Source of the DNA: Bacteroidota bacterium
GTDB taxonomy: Bacteria; Bacteroidota; Bacteroidia; Flavobacteriales; Flavobacteriaceae
Reading direction: 5' to 3'
Assembly (NCBI GenBank): GCA_039028295.1
Contig: JBCCIJ010000023.1
Span: 1,322-65,321, forward strand
DNA: 64,000 nt
Shown here: piece by piece, positions 20,107 to 28,598 of the stretch
Layout of the letters: each line of letters starts with the position of its first letter
Position numbering within the stretch: position 1 is the first letter of the stretch
Notes under the pieces: model-generated
What the model saw: only the letters and a program-made list of their open reading frames with translations
Told to the model about the DNA's origin: nothing
Database searches by the model: none
Program-made: the position numbers and the translations under genes

Positions 20107-22167
20107 TTACCAAATCCGTACACGGTCTTCTGGCTTTAAGTACATTTTATCTCCTTCCGTAATATCAAATGCCTCATAAAAAGCATCAATATTTAAAAGA
20201 GGTTGTGTAGCTCTATAACGTCCTGGCGAGTGCGGATCTGTTTTCACCTGAGTACGCAATGCGTCGTCTCTGGAAAGTGTTCTCCAAATGGTAGCCCAGC
20301 TCATAAAGAAACGCTGCTCGGCTGTTAAACCATCAATATCTTCGGGGCGTCCATTGGCTGCGTAGTAACTTTGTAGTCCGTCATAGGCACCTAACAATCC
20401 TCCCAGGTCTCCAATGTTTTCACCTAAAGTAAACTTTCCATCGATGTAAACACTATCCAAGACCTCGATCTGACTGTACTGATCTGCCAATGCATTGGCT
20501 CTAGTTGTAAATTGTTCCAAATCTGAATCGGTCCACCAGTTCACCAAGTTTCCGTTAGCGTCAAAACGAGAACCGCTGTCGTCAAATGCATGAGAAATTT
20601 CATGACCAATTACAGCACCCATTCCTCCATAATTTACGGCATCATCGGCCAGGTAATCGTAGAAGGGCGGTTGCAAAATAGCCGCTGGGAATACGATCTC
20701 ATTATTCAGTGGGTTGAAATAGGCATTTACTATTTGAGGAGACATACCCCACTCTGTTTTATCGACTGGCTCTCCTATTTCAGAAAAATTCTTATCTCTT
20801 CTCCATTTTCTAACGGCCATCATATTATCGAAATATCCATTGTCTCCGTTAACAGCCATTTTCGAGTAATCTTCCCACTCATCGGGGTACCCTATTTTCA
20901 CCGTAAACTTGTCTAGCTTTTCAATGGCCTTTAGCTTGGTAGAATCACCCATCCATTCCAACTTCTCAATTCTAACCTTAAAGGCCGAAATTACGTTGGC
21001 GATCATTTCCTCTGCTTTTACTTTCGCTTCTGCAGGAAACTTGGCGTCAACATATAATTGCCCCAATGCTTCTCCCACGGTTCCATTTACCGTAGCCAGG
21101 GCTCTTTCGTCTGCAGCACGTTGTTTTTCGGCCCCTCTTAAATATTTGCTATAGAACTCCCAATTGGCGGTTTCAATTTCTTCCGTCAACATTCCCGCAG
21201 CATTGTTGAAAGTGTCCCATCTGATCAAGGTCTTGATATCTTCAATAGGTGTTTCCTCAAAGAAGGTATTTACTGCAGCCACATATTTAGGCTGAGTTAC
21301 AATTAGGGTGTCAAAAGGTTTGGTGATTCCAAGGTCTGAAATCATTTTCTTTACGTCAATAGCAGGAAGCATCTCTTGCACTTGAGCAATGCTTCTGGGG
21401 TTGTTGGATTTCCTTCTATCTCTGCGTTCTACTTTAGTAAAACGAGGTTCAGCCAATAGAGTTTCTAAAGCAAGAACCTTTTCGGCCGCTGCTTTCGCGG
21501 TAGCTTCATCATCGCCTAAAATTTGCAGCATACGCGCAGTATGTTCTACGTATTTTGTTCTAATTTCCTTAGATTTTTCATCTTCGTCCAGATAATAATC
21601 ACGATCGGGAAGACCAAGTCCACTTTGCCATAGGTAAGCAGCGTTCATGGAGCTATCATTAAAATCGGCGGACGCGCCAATCCCTAAAAACGGAGAAGAA
21701 ACCCCCGGAACACTGGCCAACACGGTTTGCAGGTCTGCAATATTTTCAATTCCGTCAATGGCATCCAAGGCAGCTTGTAACGGGGCAATTCCTGCCGCAT
21801 TACGGGCTTCCATGTCCAATTTAGAATCGTATATAAATAAAGCCTTTGCCTGGTCGGTCTCAGGGCCATAGGTGCCATTCTCTTTGGCTTGTGCAATTAT
21901 TTCCAGCACGTCCTTGTCTGTTGATTTTCTCAACACAGAGAATCCACCCCAGCTTGTACGGTCTTCAGGAATTTCCGTTTCCTTCATCCATGTTCCATTC
22001 ACATAGTTGTAAAAATCGTCTTTCGGGCTAACCAAGGTGTCCATATTGGCCAAAATAATACCATGTGGTTCTGTATCCACAATGGCAGTTTCCTTATCCT
22101 CACATGAACTCACAAAAAGCGCGACGGCTCCTAAGGCTATGAGAGATTTAAAAATGTTTGTTTTCAT
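20107..22167 (-). CDS. M13 (neprilysin/PepO-like) metallopeptidase lipoprotein
   Basis: Lipobox VSSC, VNAYFNP..NEIVFPAAILQPPF, GHEISH (HExxH), GENIGD. Confidence 0.95.
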   Translation of the reverse strand: MKTNIFKSLIALGAVALFVSSCEDKETAIVDTEPHGIILANMDTLVSPKDDFYNYVNGTWMKETEIPEDRTSWGGFSVLRKSTDKDVLEIIAQAKENGTYGPETDQAKALFIYDSKLDMEARNAAGIAPLQAALDAIDGIENIADLQTVLASVPGVSSPFLGIGASADFNDSSMNAAYLWQSGLGLPDRDYYLDEDEKSKEIRTKYVEHTARMLQILGDDEATAKAAAEKVLALETLLAEPRFTKVERRDRRKSNNPRSIAQVQEMLPAIDVKKMISDLGITKPFDTLIVTQPKYVAAVNTFFEETPIEDIKTLIRWDTFNNAAGMLTEEIETANWEFYSKYLRGAEKQRAADERALATVNGTVGEALGQLYVDAKFPAEAKVKAEEMIANVISAFKVRIEKLEWMGDSTKLKAIEKLDKFTVKIGYPDEWEDYSKMAVNGDNGYFDNMMAVRKWRRDKNFSEIGEPVDKTEWGMSPQIVNAYFNPLNNEIVFPAAILQPPFYDYLADDAVNYGGMGAVIGHEISHAFDDSGSRFDANGNLVNWWTDSDLEQFTTRANALADQYSQIEVLDSVYIDGKFTLGENIGDLGGLLGAYDGLQSYYAANGRPEDIDGLTAEQRFFMSWATIWRTLSRDDALRTQVKTDPHSPGRYRATQPLLNIDAFYEAFDITEGDKMYLKPEDRVRIW

Positions 22168-22248
22168 TGATTTTTGGTTTTAAATTGAGACGAAAAGTCT
22201 CGAAAATTGGTTACGTATAAGTAGTTTAAATTTGTATTTGTTACATTA

Positions 22249-22845
22249 TTATTTCTTCTGGTCTTTGAGCTCGGCACGATAAACTGAGTCCAAAAATCTC
22301 TTTTGTTTTTCAAGCTCCTTCTTCTCATTGTCAATACGTTGCAGGTCGATATCGTCTTTCTGAAACTTTTCATTGAGTTGAATAATTAAATTTCTAACAG
22401 CCGTATTGGTTTCTTCAATATTGGTCTCTATCCTTTGGGCCTCTATTAAATCTCCATCTCGATTCACTTCTTGTTTCAAAAGCTCAACGCGTGTACGCAG
22501 GATCACCAATCTTGAATAAATGGCATTGGTGAATAAGGTATCCGGAATTTTCTTGGAAAGGGAATCGGCATGCGAAAGGATTTTCCCCGCTTTTAAACGT
22601 AGGGTTTCCAGGTTCAAATTGTGTAAAGTAGAAGCTTCGGCATAGAAATCGTCGTAAACAGACCAATTTTCAATCTGCTCTCTGGCATTGTTTGAAAGCG
22701 CCGGGAAGGAATATTTTTTAACCCCATAGCGCATCGTATCTTGCGCAAGGCTACCTAAAAGTTCATCTTCCGAAGTGGAATTACCACAGGATAACAAAAA
22801 TAGGGGGAGTATTAAAAAGAGTAATCGTCTTACAAGCGGTTTCAT
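22249..22845 (-). CDS. Hypothetical lipoprotein
   Basis: Lipobox LLSC; helical body; TATATTTG -7 box on the minus strand at 22862-22869. Confidence 0.75.
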   Translation of the reverse strand: MKPLVRRLLFLILPLFLLSCGNSTSEDELLGSLAQDTMRYGVKKYSFPALSNNAREQIENWSVYDDFYAEASTLHNLNLETLRLKAGKILSHADSLSKKIPDTLFTNAIYSRLVILRTRVELLKQEVNRDGDLIEAQRIETNIEETNTAVRNLIIQLNEKFQKDDIDLQRIDNEKKELEKQKRFLDSVYRAELKDQKK

Positions 22846-23055
22846 GCGTAATCTAAAAAAGCAAATATAACAGTTCTGTTGGCAATGAACCGTTAATTTT
22901 ATTGTAAAGACGGCTGCTAAAGCATTAATTTTAAACTTATAGGGTATTTTGAAGCGACCAGAGATGCGTTCACCAAAGAAACTTCCATAAAAGAAGCGTA
23001 ATATCCCTTATATTTACGCGACTCAAATAATTCCTCAATACTAGCTTATATTTAA

Positions 23056-24000
23056 ATGAAGAAAAGAATATTGATCATTGGCGCTTGTGGCCAAATAGGG
23101 ACCGAATTGACCACCCAACTCCGTAAGATATATGCTCCACATAAGGTAATTGCCAGCGACATACAAGAAGGCGATGAAGCGTTGATGGCTGGCGGCCCTT
23201 TCGAGACCTTAGACGCCACAGACTACAGCGCCATTGAAGACGTGGTGATCCGTCACGAAATTACCGACGTCTACTTAATGGCGGCCATGTTATCAGCCAC
23301 AGCAGAGAAGTTTCCAATGAAGGGTTGGGACCTTAACATCAATTCGTTGTTCAATATTCTCAATCTGGCCAAGGACAAGAAGATCGAAAAAATATTCTGG
23401 CCTTCCAGCATTGCGGTGTTTGGGCCTACAACACCCAGGATCAATACCCCACAGCGAACTACCATGGAACCTTCAACGGTTTACGGTATCAGCAAACAAA
23501 CCGGTGAGCGCTGGTGTGAATATTACTTCAACCGTTATGGGGTGGATGTGCGCAGTATCCGATATCCGGGCTTGATAAGCTATAAAACCCTTCCCGGTGG
23601 TGGCACGACCGATTATGCCATCGATATTTACCACAAGGCACTTAAACATGGGAAATATGTCAGTTTTTTAAATGCTGAAACGACCTTGCCTATGATGTTT
23701 ATGGAGGATGCTATTCATGCGACCATTGGCATTATGGAGGCCCCTTCAGAAAAAATAAAGATTAGATCTGCCTACAACTTGGCCGCCGTAAGCTTTAGCC
23801 CTGAAGAAATTGCCTCCAGCATCCAAAAACACCTCCCGGATTTTACTATCGACTACAAACCCGATTTCCGTCAAGCCATCGCCGATTCCTGGCCCCAAAG
23901 TATAGACGATAGCGACGCTCGAGCGGATTGGGGTTGGAAGCATAGTTATGGTTTAGAGGACATGACCCGGATTATGTTGGAGAATTTGGGGGAAGGGTAG
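23056..24000 (+). CDS. Extended SDR NAD-dependent epimerase/dehydratase, likely L-threonine 3-dehydrogenase type
   Basis: GACGQIG Rossmann motif, YGISK catalytic motif, PGGGTTDYA, RQAIADSWP. Confidence 0.85.
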   Translation: MKKRILIIGACGQIGTELTTQLRKIYAPHKVIASDIQEGDEALMAGGPFETLDATDYSAIEDVVIRHEITDVYLMAAMLSATAEKFPMKGWDLNINSLFNILNLAKDKKIEKIFWPSSIAVFGPTTPRINTPQRTTMEPSTVYGISKQTGERWCEYYFNRYGVDVRSIRYPGLISYKTLPGGGTTDYAIDIYHKALKHGKYVSFLNAETTLPMMFMEDAIHATIGIMEAPSEKIKIRSAYNLAAVSFSPEEIASSIQKHLPDFTIDYKPDFRQAIADSWPQSIDDSDARADWGWKHSYGLEDMTRIMLENLGEG

Positions 24001-24012
24001 TTAGTTGGTAGC

Positions 24013-26703
24013 CTATGAATTGTTTATTTTTCCATTTGTGTATTTTAAATGTTCCCGAACGGTCATAGTATTTGGGTGGTCTGAACCAAAACTATTTTCA
24101 AAAATAGCTAAGGCTTTTTCCAGGAGTATTTTAGCTTTTTTGAAATCCCCTAGGCCTTGAAGTACAGATGCTAGATTGGAATAAGTAATTGCGGTTGATG
24201 GATGTTCTACTCCTAAGTTTTTTTCATCTAATTTTATTGCTTTTACGAGTAGTTTTTTGGCACCGTCAAAATCCTTTAGGCTTTGAAGTACAATTGCTAA
24301 ATTAGAATAGCGTATGGCCATATTCGGATGCTCTTTTCCAAAGGTTTTCTCATCGGAGGCTGTTGCTTTTTCCAATAATTCTTTTGCCTGGATATAATCT
24401 CCAAGGTTTAGAAGGACCATTGCCAAATTAGAATAGCGTATAGCTGTAGTAGGATGCTCTTTCCCAAAGTTTCTCTCACTAGAGGCAGTTGCTTTTTCCA
24501 ATAATTCTTTTGCCCCATTATAGTCTCCAAGGTCTCTTAGGACAGTTGCTAAATTAGAATAGCGTTTAGCCGTGGTAGGATGCTCTTTTCCAAAGTTTTT
24601 TTCATCCGAGGCTGTTGCTTTTTCCAACAATTCTTTGGCCCCAACATAGTCCCCAAGGTCTTGAAGTAATAACCCCAACATGGAATAACTTTTAGCTGTA
24701 GTAGGATGCTCTTTTCCGAAGTTTTTTTCATCAGAGGCTGTTGCTTTTTCTAGCAATTCTTTGGCTTGGTTATAATCACCAAGGGTTGAAAGCACGAGTG
24801 CCAAATTAGAATAACTTGTAGCTGTATTAGGGTGCTCTTTTCCGAAGTTTTTTTCATCGGAGGCTGTTACTTTTTCTAATAATTCTTTTGCCCCTATATA
24901 ATTCCCAAGGTCTTGAAGCACCAATGCTAAATTGGAATAATATGTAATATTTTCAGGATGGTCTTTTCCAAAATTTTCCTCACTTGAGGTTATTACTTTT
25001 TCCAACAATTCTTTGGCCTCGTTATAGTTTCCGAGGCTTTGAAGAGTTACCGCTAAATTATTTTGAAGCATAGAGATTGCCTCAAAAACGTTTGTTTTGA
25101 ATTGAATGAGAATAGCCTTTCCGTAAGGAATCCATTGAAACTTATCTACCGGATTATCTTTGGTTTGATCCAAAGACAGTCTATCACTTATATAGGAAAC
25201 TAAAGATCCGACGGCACCAAATTCTATGGGTAGTGAAACACCCAAGACATCGTTTAAAATGCGATGGAGCCGATAACTTTCGTTATCGGGATCTTCTAAT
25301 AACCAGCCTTTAACGACGAGGTTGGAAAGTAGTTTAGCAAATATAGGCTCCCTTGTTTCGTTGGGTTGTATTATTTCTTTTAAAACGTCTTCCAAATGAA
25401 ACTCTGGTGGCAAGCAGGCAAATTGGGCCAACAACCATTTTTCGTCTTCCTCGAGGTCACTTAGTTTAAAAATAGAACAGAGATAGGAAGTTACTTTGTC
25501 TATTTTTTTTGAGCTGTGACTAATCGTAACGTCCGCCTCCATGTCTACTTCGACCGCCTTGTTTATGGCTTCGGGAGATTTATTTTGATGCTGCGCCGTT
25601 TTAGCTAAAATCTCAATGGTAAGGGTATGATATTCCAGGTTTTTGACAATTTTTGCAATAGCGTCATCATCAATTTTACCTCTTTTGTAATGCTTTTTAA
25701 AAAGTGCGATGGCTTCTTTTTCTGAGAGAAAACCTAACTCTTTTAGATCAAAATTGGCAATGCGTTCTCGGGAGGTGACCAAAATATGCCATTTAGGTTG
25801 ATTGGGGAGCAATTTGTAAAACCTGGAAAGGTCATTAGTGGCGTTGTCAATTACCATTAAACAAGGCCCTTCAGGAATGTTCTTCAACCCTAAAAGCAGT
25901 TCGTCAAACAACTGATCCAAACTTTTATCTTGTTTGTCTATTTTAAGGCTAGTGAGCAATCCACGGCTGTTGATGAGGTCGTTGGAAAAATCGTCTGTCA
26001 GTTGGCTTACCCAGGCGATGTGCTTGTAATAATCACGATTTTGAGTGACATAGACTTCGGCTACAGTAGTTTTTCCTATACCGCCCATACCGTTGACCAA
26101 AACCACTTGCTTGTTATCGAACAACCTTCTGCGGAGGTCTTCAATGTCTGCCGTACGGCCGATGATTTGATCCAATCGTAGTTTTGGAAAGTTGAGGGTG
26201 AGCTCTTTTGGGAAGTCATCAGTGGGTTGGAGGTTGGGGGCGATTTTTGAGAGAACCGCCTCGCTGTGTTTACGTCCTGGTTTCTTGCCTTGGATACCAG
26301 AAACTAGCTTATGAAACGGCCTCTTCGCATCTAAATTTTTAGTAAACTTTACCCAAGTTTGTAACTCTAAAAAGTCATTCACAAAAATATCTTTGGCACT
26401 AGGTAAAAGCAATGGAATTACCCTAAAAGACGGATTACTGGCTTTGATATTGAGTGCCTTGCCTATTTCTTGTTGAAACCAACCCTCAGGAGTACTACTC
26501 CCAACCACCACCACACAGGTTTTTGCTTCGTTCAGGCCCTTGGACATCGCCTGAATAAATGGCTCTCCTGGAATCAATTCCCATTCATCTAGCCATATTT
26601 TTAATCCAGCTTCGTCCTCCAACTTTGCCGCCAGGTATTCCACTTGCTCGGCGTCGTCATGGGAGTGGCTTAGGAAAGCATCATATATTGTCTGTTGTTT
26701 CAT
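24013..26703 (-). CDS. TIR - NB-ARC (STAND) - TPR NLR-like protein
   Basis: TIR: YDAFLSHS..WLDEWELIPGE..WFQQE. P-loop GMGGIGKTT, Walker B LMVIDN, ILVTSR, YHTLTIE. Eight 42-aa TPR repeats. Confidence 0.9.
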   Translation of the reverse strand: MKQQTIYDAFLSHSHDDAEQVEYLAAKLEDEAGLKIWLDEWELIPGEPFIQAMSKGLNEAKTCVVVVGSSTPEGWFQQEIGKALNIKASNPSFRVIPLLLPSAKDIFVNDFLELQTWVKFTKNLDAKRPFHKLVSGIQGKKPGRKHSEAVLSKIAPNLQPTDDFPKELTLNFPKLRLDQIIGRTADIEDLRRRLFDNKQVVLVNGMGGIGKTTVAEVYVTQNRDYYKHIAWVSQLTDDFSNDLINSRGLLTSLKIDKQDKSLDQLFDELLLGLKNIPEGPCLMVIDNATNDLSRFYKLLPNQPKWHILVTSRERIANFDLKELGFLSEKEAIALFKKHYKRGKIDDDAIAKIVKNLEYHTLTIEILAKTAQHQNKSPEAINKAVEVDMEADVTISHSSKKIDKVTSYLCSIFKLSDLEEDEKWLLAQFACLPPEFHLEDVLKEIIQPNETREPIFAKLLSNLVVKGWLLEDPDNESYRLHRILNDVLGVSLPIEFGAVGSLVSYISDRLSLDQTKDNPVDKFQWIPYGKAILIQFKTNVFEAISMLQNNLAVTLQSLGNYNEAKELLEKVITSSEENFGKDHPENITYYSNLALVLQDLGNYIGAKELLEKVTASDEKNFGKEHPNTATSYSNLALVLSTLGDYNQAKELLEKATASDEKNFGKEHPTTAKSYSMLGLLLQDLGDYVGAKELLEKATASDEKNFGKEHPTTAKRYSNLATVLRDLGDYNGAKELLEKATASSERNFGKEHPTTAIRYSNLAMVLLNLGDYIQAKELLEKATASDEKTFGKEHPNMAIRYSNLAIVLQSLKDFDGAKKLLVKAIKLDEKNLGVEHPSTAITYSNLASVLQGLGDFKKAKILLEKALAIFENSFGSDHPNTMTVREHLKYTNGKINNS
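24064..25071 (-). repeat. Eight tandem 126-bp/42-aa kinesin-light-chain-type TPR repeats
   Basis: Consensus YSNLAxVLxxLGDYxxAKELLEKATASDEKNFGKEHPxTA; near-identical DNA such as taggatgctcttttcc(g/a)aagttt. Confidence 0.9.
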
Positions 26704-27080
26704 TTCAGTGCAAAATTCAAAGTAAAAAATGGCAATTCCTTGAGTGCCGAATAGGCTTTGTTAGGAGCTACCGCATATAAATAGGGGAGAAACTTTTACT
26801 GCTTCAATTTACTAAAAAAACCACAACGGTATTAGAAATGACTAAAAGGTTTGTAAAAAGGGAAGAGCTGTGATTTTTTTCTTAACTTTAAAGAGCTAAA
26901 ATTAGTTATAAAACGAGAGGGTTAGCATTTTGAAATAGCAAATGACTCGCAAAACATACGCCAATAATTTTGTTTCCGTAATGTGGTCAGAAAGAAAATC
27001 TAACGTCAATATTTTAGTCCTTAAGAAATCCTTCCCCATACTTTATAAATATCACTTTTAAAATGTGAAAAACAACGGTT

Positions 27081-28598
27081 ATGGCTTTAATTCCTGGTTA
27101 TGAATACGATATTTTTATTAGCTATGCACATCTTGATAATGAAAAATTTCCAGGTCAAACGGATGGTTGGATCGAACAATTTTTTTTAGGACTCAAATAT
27201 TTGCTAGACAAAAGATATGGTCGACAAGGTTTTGTGAAGATTTGGTGGGACAACAAAAAATTGGATGGAAATGTACTTTTCGATGATTCGATAGCAGAAG
27301 GGATCAAGAAATCTGCCATTATGATTTGCCTTAATTCTTCGGCCTATAAGGCTTCGGATTACTGCCAACAGGAATTACAATTGTTTTATGAAAAAGCACA
27401 AAAAGAACCCATTGGCCTGAGTCTTGGAAACCGCTCACGGTTGGTCCATGTACTACTTAATAATATACATTACTCCGATTGGCCTAAAGAATTAGAAGGC
27501 TCTAGTGGTTTTCCTTTTCATGACGCCGAGGATGCCGAGGACTATGGAGATGCTATTGAAACGCTTTCCCCAAAGTTCAAAAGTCTCATGCAAGATTTAA
27601 AGGACTCGATATGGAAATTGATTGAAGAGTTTCCGAAAGACGAACGTATCAATGAGGTTTTACATCAACTTGAAGACCAGGAAAAAGACGATTCTTTTTC
27701 GATCTATTTAGCTGAAGTGGCCGATACGCTCCGTACGCCCAGAAAGCGAATTGCTGCAGAACTTGCCAAGAAAGGATTTACTATAATTGATGGCGTTCCT
27801 CCGCCCCATGCGGCTTCTGAACATGAAGAAGCCACTCGACAGTCCTTGGTAAAATCTCAACTCTCTATTCATTTATTGGACCAATATCCAGGAAGAGATA
27901 TTGTGGATGATCCAGAGATATGGTATCCACAGAAGCAGGCTGAAATTGCATTTAAGGAGCCAATCCCGCAAATGATCTGGGTGCCATCCGATCTGGAGTT
28001 TTCGGAAATCGAAGAAGAAGTCTATTTACAATTTATGGAATCGATATATGAAGGCACTGTCTCGAAGAAAAACTATGAATATATACGAGGATCCAAGAGC
28101 ACATTAACAGGTGAGATCATTGAATATGCTGAAAGAATTCAGAAATCACAAAAACAAAGAGTAGCTCAAGAAGGTCCGCTTTCGGTTTTATTGGATACGC
28201 ACATGGACGATTTCAGATATGCCAACCAGTTGAGCAATGCGCTACTGGATAATAATATTCGCGCTTTTGTCAATCCACAGGAAGACGACCCAAGTATTAA
28301 CATTGATTTAATGGAGGAACGAATGAGCAAGGTGAATAAATTGATTTTTTTATACGGAAGAGTTTCGAAAGACTGGGTTTCGGCAAGAGTAAAAGCAGCG
28401 ATACAACTTATTCTTGCCAACAATTACCCCATTGAAGACTTCTTTATATACATGGCACCACCACATAAAGAGGCGAAAGATATAGATATCAATCAGCGAT
28501 TATTAAAGGTGAATATTGTGGATAATAGTATGAATGCAACCATGGATTCGGATGCCGTCGAACGTTTTTTTAATGAACTAAAAAAACCACAAAGCTAA
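27081..28598 (+). CDS. TIR-domain protein with two further degenerate TIR/flavodoxin-like modules
   Basis: YDIFISYAHLD..IWWD..YCQQEL (catalytic Glu). Later modules SIYLAEVAD..SQLSIHLL and SVLLDTHMDD..KLIFLYG..DWVSAR. Confidence 0.75.
   Translation: MALIPGYEYDIFISYAHLDNEKFPGQTDGWIEQFFLGLKYLLDKRYGRQGFVKIWWDNKKLDGNVLFDDSIAEGIKKSAIMICLNSSAYKASDYCQQELQLFYEKAQKEPIGLSLGNRSRLVHVLLNNIHYSDWPKELEGSSGFPFHDAEDAEDYGDAIETLSPKFKSLMQDLKDSIWKLIEEFPKDERINEVLHQLEDQEKDDSFSIYLAEVADTLRTPRKRIAAELAKKGFTIIDGVPPPHAASEHEEATRQSLVKSQLSIHLLDQYPGRDIVDDPEIWYPQKQAEIAFKEPIPQMIWVPSDLEFSEIEEEVYLQFMESIYEGTVSKKNYEYIRGSKSTLTGEIIEYAERIQKSQKQRVAQEGPLSVLLDTHMDDFRYANQLSNALLDNNIRAFVNPQEDDPSINIDLMEERMSKVNKLIFLYGRVSKDWVSARVKAAIQLILANNYPIEDFFIYMAPPHKEAKDIDINQRLLKVNIVDNSMNATMDSDAVERFFNELKKPQS

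Noticed and set aside
24064-25071. 126-bp tandem repeats considered as a CRISPR or non-coding repeat
   Set aside because: They are in-frame TPR coding repeats without unique spacers.
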